A stretch of DNA of 62,657 nucleotides, the filler included. It is 12 parts of 12 records of this genome, joined end to end, with 100 filler letters (N's around TTAATTAATTAA, not from the genome) between each part and the next. Parts side by side here need not be neighbours in the genome. Positions count along the whole stretch, not along the records: positions 23,103 to 27,831 come from SRR7504441_16387; positions 27,932 to 31,224 come from SRR7504441_16388; positions 31,325 to 41,634 come from SRR7504441_16404; 9 more parts are not named here. The stretch is one strand, 5' to 3'. The notes under the pieces were generated by a model, which saw only the letters and a list, made by a program, of their open reading frames with translations, was not told the origin of the DNA and did no database searches. This document shows, one piece after another, positions 23,106-33,627 of the stretch (positions within the stretch are counted from its first letter, which is position 1; each line of letters starts with the position of its first letter). A program made the position numbers and the translations under genes.

Positions 23106-26100
23106 CTAGCTGTTGCTAGCTGATTTACGTGACTCTGTGACTTCGCTTGCTCTGATCGATGTGTTGCTAGCTTTGAACCCCGTGGTTCCGTCATTGCTGC
23201 TGACACTAGCAGTCAAGTAGGCTCTATACTGTGACTCGTCTGAGGGAACTTTATCAGCTTGTGATGCTTCAGGGTCAAAAGCTGCTGCAATCTCAGCCGA
23301 TACAGCCTCATCTGCAGCCGCCTCTGCGGCCGCTTCAGCGGCCTCCTCCGCTGCAGCAAGATCTGCGGCCTCTACTTCAGCCTCGAGCTTGTCGTACCTG
23401 GCGCCAGCAGACCTCAAATACAATCTATCACCCGCAGGTGCTTACATGTCCTGAGCATATGGATCGCACTTTGCAATCTCTTGAAGCTTCTCCTCCTCCA
23501 GGGACATCTTCTTATAGGCCAGCTGTATACTATCGTCGTGTACCTTCGCCTTCTGCTCGAGCTGCGTTAACTGCACCCGGGTCATCAGCCCAAGTGTATC
23601 CGGCTGGCAGCGTGCGATGGGCGCACCTCCTCAACAAGCCAGGCACGCTCCTTCTCAAACTCTGCAATCTCTTCAGGCGGAAGGGCAGCCCAATAGGCCC
23701 AGAGAGTCTCATCGTCCAACTTGACTGTGCGATTATCTCCACTGCGGTCGATTGGAACGAGTATTTCTTCCCATTGCTCAGGCACTGCATACTTTTGTTG
23801 GATCAATCTTTCGTACTCCTGTAGCTCACGGTTTGGGTCGCGGAACAGATTGAGGTCATCACCTCGAATAGCCTGCACAGCCAAATCAGACAAGCCCTTA
23901 AGGTGAAACAGCACCTTGTCGCCCGCAGAGGTGACGCCCGCTATGACAGTTTCGACTCGGATCTGTGGTTTGCGCCGCCTGATTTGCATTTGCTTTCCGT
24001 TCTCACTGTCTACACAAGTGCGCTTCTTTATATACACGAAGAACTGCAGACCTCTGTGCTCCACCTCAAACGATTCTTCACCTTCTGCGAGCTTGGCTTC
24101 GATCTGGGTGCTAATCGACTCTGGAAAATTGGTCCATACTTCTGATTCGCTCAAAAACTCCCACCTAAGTTTGAACTTTTCATGCAGCTCCGGATCGGGA
24201 CATGGCGGCCCGTCGATGCCTGCATGAACGATTGTGGTCTTTATAATTGTCTGTCTTTCTCGTTCCTCGCCTGCCTCGTGGACCCACTTCAGCTTCTCTT
24301 TTGCTTTTTTCTTCCTGATTCTCTTTCTAGTCTGTTTTTCTAGATCCTCCATCTCTCTTAACTTCTTTTTCCACTTTCCGCTCAAGTCTTCTGCTTCCTT
24401 GACCTTTGCATCCTGCTTGGCACGTTCGCCGTCTCTTATTTGTTGCTCTAGGTCAATGATCAACTGTTTCAGCTGGGCGATTCGAGCGCGGAGGTTGGCG
24501 AGATCTTGATTCAGCTCATCTGCCTGCGCCTGCAGACCACCATCGTAGTCATCTGGGACGTCCGGCTCCTCCGTGGCATCAATAAATCTCCATTCTTCCG
24601 TCGCAGTCTTCTCAGCATTCATCAATGGTTCATTGCGCTGCGAGGATAGGTTGAGCAAACAACCTTCTGTCGGCTGAATCTGTACAATCCGTTTGCGATT
24701 ATCCCAGGTTCCCAGGTCATCCAGCCGCCACTCCATCAGAAATGGTCCGTCGTTCTCCTGGGTGACCAAGCATGGCTTCTGCTTTTGAGAAGAAAACGGG
24801 CTAAGAGCAAACAGGACAGGCATCTCGTTAATTTTGCGACGCCGCTCCTCGTATTCCGCTTCCTGGAGCCCGCCTGTCACCAGGAGGCTATCACACTCCT
24901 TGAGCTGCTTCTCCTGGTCTTTGATAGCTGCCCCCAAAAGCAATCAAGTCAACAGCAACAACCCCACTACTGCTGCTTACCTAAAGCAGGCTTGTGCAGC
25001 AGCCGCACGAAAACTTTGCTCTTGTCTGTTGATGGCGACTTGAGGACAGCATGCTCCCACTTCTCCCGCCACCCTTTCTGCTTTGATAGCTTGAGCTCTC
25101 CTGTACGCATGTCGGCGGACAGCAAGCGGTCATGTGTGTCACGAATGAAATATTGCCTCCTGCATCAGGCAGAGCTCAGCAAGAGTGACAAATGAGAGCA
25201 CATACCCAGGCTTGAGTTTGCTGACGCCTGCGCCATCAGCACAAACGCTTGCTGGCTTCAGAGCCCAGACAAACAGCGCAGAAGCACTATCGTCTTTGAC
25301 CGCTGAGGATGGGTACATACATAGTTCTGAATCTTCGGACAGGCAGCCAAGAAGCTCAGTCGATCTGCCAACAATGTGATACTTTTCAGCAGTCTCGTCC
25401 ACTCTTATCATGGTCCAGAACTCGGGAAAGCCTTCCTCGAAGCTTGACTCGACTGACAGACCATTTGACCTCAAATTGGGCCCGCGGCCATTGGAGATGT
25501 GCACTTTTCCTCCAGGGGCCGCAGTGGTGATATTCCAAACCCACTGCCCTTTATCTTCACCCACCATTGTTGCGAGGGCACGAAGCTCATGTCCATCACC
25601 CACTACTCCAAAGTATTTTCCTGTAGCTTCGTTCTGTAAGACATACTCGCCTGATTGAAACTCGTTATCGCCGAAAACACCATTGTCCCGGCCATCCCCA
25701 GTCTGGTCACCAAGCCCAAGTGTATCATCGTATCCTGGAGGGTAGTCAGGAGCATCGGTTGCGTCAACAAAGCGCCATTGCTCGAATGGGGTCTGTACTG
25801 TCGACATAAAATAAGCCTTGTTCTCTGCCCCCAAGCCCTTGTCGGCGCGCTTCGACCTATGATACGCTCAGTTAATATTCAACACGGAGCAGACACCTCA
25901 ACCAGAAGCGGTTGTCCGGTGTGTTGCAGGCTGTTATCTCCCACTGCATGACTTCTTCTGTCGAATCAGTTGGTGCTACTGCTGGGAGCGAGTTGCCATC
26001 GACGCAGAGGCTCATATTGTGGACATGCAGCCACCTGAACCCAGTCAACGAGACAGCCTCCTATCCATCACAAACCTGATCACTTGGGTCGATGGTTTGC

Positions 26101-27831
26101 TCACAAGGACCTCGCACTTCCATTTCTCTCGCCGACCCTGCTGTGGTGAGGCATAGAGATTGTTGGTCTCGTGCATTGCACCAACACGATGCTCGGCTGT
26201 GTCCACCAGGAAGTAAATCCTACCATTGACCAGCTTTTTAACACCACTGGTTCCATCAATGTATCCAGGTGGATAGTCTGGACACCCAGTTGCGTCGACA
26301 AAACGCCACTCGTGTGTGGACGCAGTACCAGCTGACATATTGTACCCATCAAACTCTGCATTCAGGTTTTCTGTAAGCCCAGATTTGTTCAACCGCTTCC
26401 GATTGTCTGGGGTTTTGAGGTCTTGAGATTTCCATGCCAAGTCACCTGTTTGCTCCATTGTTACTGCCGGCGTGTCGGTGCTGGCATCCAAAAACATGGA
26501 GTCTACATGCTGCAGAGTGACAATTTGCATCAGTGTGCTGATGGTTTGGTCTTCGACAGTGCAAGTCCATTTCTCTCGCCGCCCTCGCTGCGTTGAACTG
26601 AAAATGGAGCAGGTTTCGACTAGACTGCCTAATGCGCGATTGTAGTCGTCGACCATGAAATATTGATGGCCAGATTGAAGAACAGCAACACCTGCATTAG
26701 GGTCCTTCTTGCCGCGATCTGATAGGTCAATGAGCTCCCACTTGAAGAAATCTGAGGCATTGTCATCTGACATGTTCACCGCACCCGTGCGCTCGTCACA
26801 CCCCAGCAGCGCCCTCCCCTTGCTAACTATATGATGATATTGCTTCGAGCCAGGTGGCTGTGGGACTTTTTTTACTGTCCAGAACTCCAGCCCTTCTTCG
26901 TGGGGACTAGGCACACACACGGTCGTGTGTCCGTCTTCACTGCACGCAGAGCGCAGGTTCGGCCCGAGCTTGCTGTGAAAATGGACTTTGCCGGGCTTTG
27001 CGACCACTTCAATGTTCCAGCTCCACGACCCAACACCTGTCTGTACCTTTTCTCGCAAGATAAGCCTCGATGAGTCGTTCGAGAGGCCAAGATACTTTTT
27101 GGCGCCGATATTCACTAAATAGTACTCTCCTGAGACGAGGCTAGGATCGCCTTTCACACCATTATCTCGACCATCGTTGTGTTCGCCATAGCCATCTGGG
27201 AAATCCTGCCACACATAACTCAAATCATGTCGACGATAGTAAACTAAGCAGCCAACCGGATGCTTGGAAGCATTGATCAGCCTCCACTGCTCAGCTGTGC
27301 TCTTCCTTGAGCCAAGTTGCACTCGGCACACTCTCTCTGATGACATATGCAGCTCCAGCTCCTTTGAGGTGAGCCACCGCCGCGAATCATGGGTCCCCAC
27401 GTCTTGAATCACCCAGGTGCTGGCCCGTTGAGGCAGATCGAGCCGTACCCCACTCTTCTGCGCAACGAGTGCCTTCCCATCAATATGGACGAACTGCCCC
27501 TCTATCATCAAGCAACGCATCAGCCAGGGGCAGACCTGTGCTTGATTTGAATCGCCCATCGTAAGGATCCACTTCTCCCGCCTCCCAAGTTGCTGCGAGA
27601 GGCTCAACTGTGGGGCGCCTGCGCTCTTCTGCACCTACGACACTGCATCAGCACTAATAGAGCTCTTAACTAACCGAAGCTGCATTGTTCCAGTGGTCGA
27701 CAATGAAGTAGGGACAATCATCCATTAGCTCATCATCCTCCACCTCATATAATTCCCATTCCTCCGATGGGCTTTGTCGATCGACACTCCAGCATTTGCT
27801 TCCATCGGTACCGAGCGAGAACTTTCCAGAT
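23106..27831 (-). CDS. Large multi-exon protein: tandem beta-rich repeats, coiled coil, WWE domain; 5'-truncated
   Basis: Recurrent GRREKW, WRFVDAT..PDYPPGY and DGRDNGV modules; WWE-like RWEF..WTNF..IEA..F..KQMQIRRR. Confidence 0.7.
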
Positions 27832-28163
27832 NNNNNNNNNNNNNNNNNNNNNNNNNNNNNNNNNNNNNNNNNNNNTTAATTAATTAANNNNNNNNNNNNN
27901 NNNNNNNNNNNNNNNNNNNNNNNNNNNNNNNCCACCACTTGTGGGTGCTTGAGGTACCTCATGGACACTATAGTAGAGTCGCTCACAACCTTGTTGAGGT
28001 TCAGCACCACAATAGTCTAGGATCAAGGTTAGGGTTGGGGTTAGGGTTACCATACTATTATACTACGGTACGTAGTCAGGAACCTCCTGGAACCTCCTCC
28101 TGTAGCATTACCGGTATTGTTGGCGGTGACGCGAGAAAAGGGGAGCGCCCTTCGGGCAGGCCG

Positions 28164-29965
28164 ATGGCCGTTAACCTGACGCTGCCGGCCCGGCCGGGCT
28201 TCGACTTCAACCTACCGCTCGACCCGTCCCGCAGCACCGAGCTTACCGAGTTGATCAGACAGCACGGTCCGTCCACCGGCCCGGCCCGGCCTGAAGCGCG
28301 GTTGTGTTCAGGCGGACAGAGCGCGCGGATGTGCCTGGACAGGAGGGCGGCCCAGGGCCGGCAGCGGTGGGACATCGGTGCCGTGCCGTTGCGTCGTGTC
28401 CGTTGGATTCCGATGGACAGGCGACGCGATCGCTTGGATCATAGACCAGCGGCTGATGCAGCTCCCGCCGCCGCACACGGCTGGCCCGACCGAACGCGCC
28501 CAGGCGCCCGGTCGGCCGGCCCGGCGATCTAATGACAGGTGAGCGAGCTGTTGGGGTTTCTGGTCCGGATTTTGCCGTTGACGGGCGCCTTTGACGTGTT
28601 CAACATCCGGCCGTTCCCGTCTGAACTGAACTGGGAGGATCTGGGTAAATGTCAGTTGGAGCAGGACCTGCGGAAGGTCCAACGGGCCCAGCTGTATGAC
28701 GCACGCACCCAACGGCTGCTTGCGCTCAACAGGCATCGAGCGGACGGTGAGGGCGCTGGTGCCAGCCCAGTGAGCGCTGTGCAGAGCTAATGCCGCTGAT
28801 CGGCTGCTGCTCGCTCTGGTTTGATAAGGTGTGCCCACATGGTAACGGGGACATGACGGTGATGGCAGGCGCTGTCTCGTGAGCGTGATTGTCAGTTCCG
28901 AGTGCTGATGGATTGGGTGGGCTTAATTTTTTTTAATGCTCATTAATTGCTCATTGTCGCTCATTAATCGGGAAGAGTGAGGCGCGATCGGCAGGATGTG
29001 CTGAGGCACGAGGCTTCGAGTGCCTCGGGCATTCCCGGCGCTGTCACCGGGTGCGGCGGACCGAGATTCAGTTGGATTCTGTCGGCAGGATTGACGTGCC
29101 CGCACCGTCTGTGGAGCTGCTGGCGGTCCGAATGGAGCAGGTTTGACTAGCCACAATAATTCAATTGCTCAATCGTTTGCACAGCTCCAGTCGACTGAGG
29201 ACAAGCTGCCGAAGCATGGGGTGTGCTTTAATTATTTCAAAGACCGTGGCTGGACCCACAGCAGCGAGCCAGACCGGACTACGAACCTGTGCAGCCTCAA
29301 CGTCAAATTCCAGGAGGTCGAGCCTTGCGTGTGGCTGATTATGACCGTTTAAACAGTTATTCGATGAGCACCAGAAGACCAGCGATCTGCCTAAGAATGT
29401 TCTGATTGTTATAGGAGCTGATCCGACGAGGATGGAAGCCACCGTGGTCTGCCATTGTTGTACTCTTCATAATCAGGCCTGCAGGCGGTCCTGGAGAGTA
29501 GAATCAGAGCCTGCAGCCCTGCGGAGCTCGATCGGATATCGCTGACTTTTATCCAGACCGGTCCGCCCGGCGCGCTGCCGGGGGTGGGTGGCCTGGGGCT
29601 GCTGAGCTTGACTGGTTCTCGATGCAGATGTTTGCGTGTTGCCGCGACGACGGCAGTTTCTGCTCTCGACTGCTCATTGCAGCTGAGGTGCTGGTCATGC
29701 TCGGCTCTGACTGAGATCTGGGCAGGCGCTAGGGGTGCTCCGGACGGTAATTGAAGTGGTCAGACCGTCCCAACTGGGCGGCCGGAGTTTGCTTGAGTTC
29801 ATTCGGACGCAGCTACCGGAGCATGCGCCGAGGGAGCCAATCGGCGACGCGAGGGTGAGGGGAAGGGGGATGTGTGTGCCGGGCGGGGGCGGGTTCGGGC
29901 GACCATGTGCACCGTGCAAGAGCTCGCGGCTATGTGGGAATCCGAGTAATTGTACGTTGCAATAA
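28164..29965 (+). CDS. Unknown intron-dense protein (about 10 or more short introns)
   Basis: A continuous spliced frame can be built using mostly ~35-45-nt GT/GC-AG introns; no family recognised. Confidence 0.5.
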
Positions 29966-30172
29966 AATGCCAATCATTAATTAAATACCGTGATTAATCA
30001 CCCGGCAAATACAATCATGTAATTGCACAAAGTTCACTGGTCAAGGCCGTTGTCTTACAATCAGTAGGGACTTGCGCAGAGGCTGCCAGTGCCTTGCCAC
30101 CGCACATTCGCTGTACATTCACTGAAGGAGATCCCCTCTACACTGAATAAAACAATCCCAATCATTTGTTTA

Positions 30173-31224
30173 TCATTTGTTGACGTGATCACGCAGCACC
30201 TGCATCACCTCTAACCCCCCGGCGCCGGTCTAGACGCGCCTGCACCACAGACTTGAAGGCGAACCACTCCGGAATATCTTCGCCCGCCCGCAGCCGCCGC
30301 CGGAACTCGGTCCCAGACAGTTTGACCGCTTTGAGCCCTTGGGCCTTGGCGTCGTCTGCCAGGATGTATCCAGCCTCCTCCGTGAACACAAGATTGGCTG
30401 AGGGCACAAGTTGCATCCCGAGCTCAGCGGCGTGCTCACCCGCAAAGTCCTGCCGATAATAATGAATAAATATATAAATAAAAGCATCACTCAGGCACGG
30501 AGCAGTCACCTGTGCATCGAAAGCCCCATAGAAATCTTCCCCGGAGAGGCAAGACTTGGAGCCGGCCATATCCCGCCCGATGATGAAGTGCGTGCACCTA
30601 GAATTTCCGTCAATTTCCGCTGGTTTCCGTTTGGGCACCCGAAGTTCTTGCGCATGATGATGTGCTGGATCGCCTCACGGGGACCGGCCATGTGCATCGA
30701 ATACGGCAAGTACTCCCACAGCACGTTGGAGTTATTCAGCTCACCCTTGAGCACCTGCCTCTGTACTCGCCCCCATCCCCCACACACTGACCACCTCGTA
30801 AGTCAGGTACCTCACCGCGCCATCAATGTCGTCGGCCTGTTCCGGGCTCAATCGCAACACCAGCGCTCCGGACCTGCGTGGGTCCGCAGGTGGGGTGAAC
30901 CAGGCAGACCGCTCCAGGATCCACGTTGGGCGCATCCAGGGCTCGGATAAACAGCTCGTAGTGCGCTCTATGGATAGGATTCCTGCATTGGAAGGCGACC
31001 ACATGCTTGCCAGCAGGCAGCGTCTCCCGAACCTCTGCTGCTGACTTGCAAGGGAATACCCTATCCGGATTGCTCAGTCCGGAGAGCTTTCCGCCCAGGT
31101 AGATGGGTCCACGCTCCATGGCGACCATCTGGACGCCGGGGTGTTCGATGGACGAGGTGCGGTAGCACTCGAGGGTCTCCTTGGGCTTGTTCGGCATGAA
31201 CTTGTCCTCCACATTCATCACCGC
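30173..31224 (-). CDS. sat: ATP sulfurylase (sulfate adenylyltransferase), 5'-truncated
   Basis: VVAFQCRNPIHRAH, MHMAGPREA.QH...RKNFGCTHFIIGRDMAG, LSGTEFRRRL..G.DIPEWF; five short introns. Confidence 0.95.
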
Positions 31225-31328
31225 NNNNNNNNNNNNNNNNNNNNNNNNNNNNNNNNNNNNNNNNNNNNTTAATTAATTAANNNNNNNNNNNNNNNNNNNN
31301 NNNNNNNNNNNNNNNNNNNNNNNNCTCG

Positions 31329-32234
31329 ATGCCGCGTGGTGGTCAGGGCGCGGCAGCCGAGCAAGACGGCCTGCTCGAGCTCAAGTCAACCGCGTCATTC
31401 TACCTCGGGGCGGGCGCCTCCCACCGGGTCCAGTCAGTGGCCCCCAGGCTGGAGGATGAGCCTACCACGCTGGCCGACTGCCTGGGCAGCACCACCGCGC
31501 TGCAGGCCGGCCTCTACGCTGTGGTGGCGCCGGCGCCCCGCATAGGGCACCGCAAGCGCGTGCAGCTGCTGCGGCATGGCGAGAGCCAGGCCCAGACAGC
31601 CAAGCGGCGCGGGATCGCCCGGGCCGACACCCGGCTCACAGACTGCCGGCTCACCCGCACAGGACGCGAACAGGCCCAATGGCTCGCCAGCCGGTGGGCC
31701 AGCGCGCCGCCAGGATTCGAGCTGATGGTGTGCAGTCCGCTGACCCGTGCGGTCCAGACTGCCTGCTTAGTGGGCCAGCAGCTGACCTGTCCAATCGTAG
31801 TGCACCCGGGCGTGATCGAGCGCGGCAGTCGGGTGCCGGAGAACCGTCGCCGTGGCTGGTCGGAGCTAGCACGCGACGCTGAGGTTTGCGGACTGCCGGG
31901 CTTTGAAGATATCGATGCCAGTCTGGCTGGGTTGGACCAAAGCTTGGAGGAGTTTCTGGACTGGTTGGCCGGAAGGCCAGAGGACTCGCTGCTGGTAGTT
32001 TGTCACCACAACGTGATACTAAAGCTGCTGCAGATGCACGGGATGCGCGGGACAATGCATAAGGTAGCCAATTGCGCGCCTCTGGATTGCGTGTTCGAGG
32101 GCCGGTCTCTAGTGGCGCTAGTTCATGAAAAGTCCACCGATGGCGCATGTGGAGAAGATACCGTCAGTCGTGGGGATGTCACTCACAGTTCGAGAAAAAT
32201 CAAGCCATCTAAAAGTCGGTCTAGGAGGCGATAA
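31329..32234 (+). CDS. Histidine phosphatase (phosphoglycerate mutase-like) family protein
   Basis: LLRHGES, LT..G..QA, CSPLTRAVQT, VVCHH, NC. Confidence 0.85.
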   Translation: MPRGGQGAAAEQDGLLELKSTASFYLGAGASHRVQSVAPRLEDEPTTLADCLGSTTALQAGLYAVVAPAPRIGHRKRVQLLRHGESQAQTAKRRGIARADTRLTDCRLTRTGREQAQWLASRWASAPPGFELMVCSPLTRAVQTACLVGQQLTCPIVVHPGVIERGSRVPENRRRGWSELARDAEVCGLPGFEDIDASLAGLDQSLEEFLDWLAGRPEDSLLVVCHHNVILKLLQMHGMRGTMHKVANCAPLDCVFEGRSLVALVHEKSTDGACGEDTVSRGDVTHSSRKIKPSKSRSRRR

Positions 32235-32380
32235 TTGGAATTTCTCGATCAATAGTTGATCGGTATACTTTTAAACACTTTACATAATGTGCCACATGTC
32301 GTCTGGACAGCTCCACGAGCTTGTCTCTCCATGCTATTCTAATGCTATTCCAGGCGGCACTATCTCCAAACACGACGGGC

Positions 32381-33532
32381 TCATTGGCCTTGCGTGGCCA
32401 AGCTCTTGTTTCTGGAGATGGTCTCCGCTAGCATCCCAAGCACGTCGTCGCCAAACAGATTCTCATCCACATTCAGCACCACAATGGTCTTATTCACCTT
32501 CATGGCATCCGACAGGTGCGAAGCCCCTGCCACATCGCTCACGCTCGCAGCCTAGAGCTCACAGTGTCACCTTCGCCGCCGATCGAGTTGCCGCTGATGT
32601 CCAGCTTGGTCAGCGTGGTGTTCTCCTTCACCCCATCCGACACGTAGAACGCGCCCTCGTTCCCGATAGAGTTTGAGCTCATTTTCAACGACCTGAGAGT
32701 CTGGTTGATCTTGAGAAGCTGCCCCCTGATCAGCCGAGCGCCCGACTACACGGCACATGAGACATGTAGGCCGCGCCCTGGGCTCCGATCAGGTTGCCGC
32801 CAATGTTGAGCGAGGTGAGCCCGGTGTTCTCCTCCAGAACCTGCCAGCCTGCTCGCACACTCCGGAGCGCGGGCGGTGCGCCTGGGCCAGCTGCTGCACT
32901 CCCTCCACCCCGATATAGTTGCCGCTGATGTTGAGACTGGTCAGTGTCGAGTTGGCCAGCAGCCCGCGGGCGATGTGCGCGCAGCCCTCAGCCACCATGC
33001 AGTTGAACCGGGCGTCCAGCTTGAGGAGGCTGTTGTTAGTCTCCAGCGCGTCCGCAAGGCTGCTCGCGCCGTCCACTCCTATGTGGTTGCCCGCCAAGTC
33101 GACCTTGGTGAGCCCCTGGTTGACCGCCAGCGCCTCCGCGAGCAGCCCCACCCCCGAGTCGTCGATCGAGTTGCCCGACAGGTTGAGGTGGGTGATGGTC
33201 TTGTTCACCTCCAGCGCCTCCGCAAGCCGGCCCACCCCCTCCTTTCCGATCATGTTCCACTGGACGTCGAGCTGGGCGATCGAGGTGTTGTCCTTGAGCG
33301 CCTCCCCCAGGTAGGCCGCGCCGTCCGACCCGATCTTAACCCCGAGCAGCACCTCCTTGGGCCCGGCGGTGTTGGCCACCACGCGCCGGAGGAAGCTGGC
33401 AAACCAATCCTCCACCTCGCGCCGCTCCATCATCAGCTCGCTGGTCGGCTTAACGCCCATCGCGATCAGGTGCTCGGGCGGGTCCATGATCATGGTCTCC
33501 GAGGTCGGGTCCATCTGCGGCTCCTCGGGCAT
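32381..33532 (-). CDS. Ribonuclease-inhibitor-type LRR protein (NLRC3-like repeats); three introns
   Basis: Repeated LAEALxxNxTLTxLNLSGNxIGxEG; the spliced frame ends at TGA 32381-32383. Confidence 0.9.
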
Positions 33533-33627
33533 TCACAGCGTGTGGCGATTCGCCGAATGAATTTTGTCCGTTATTAGGAGCTTGTGGAGGAGCTTGAACA
33601 AGGTGGTATCGGGTCGCTGGTTGCGGG

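Noticed and set aside
22900-23200. Joining the WWE/repeat gene to the BEACH gene as one protein
   Set aside because: They are separated by a linker, and an in-frame TAG lies at 23106-23108.
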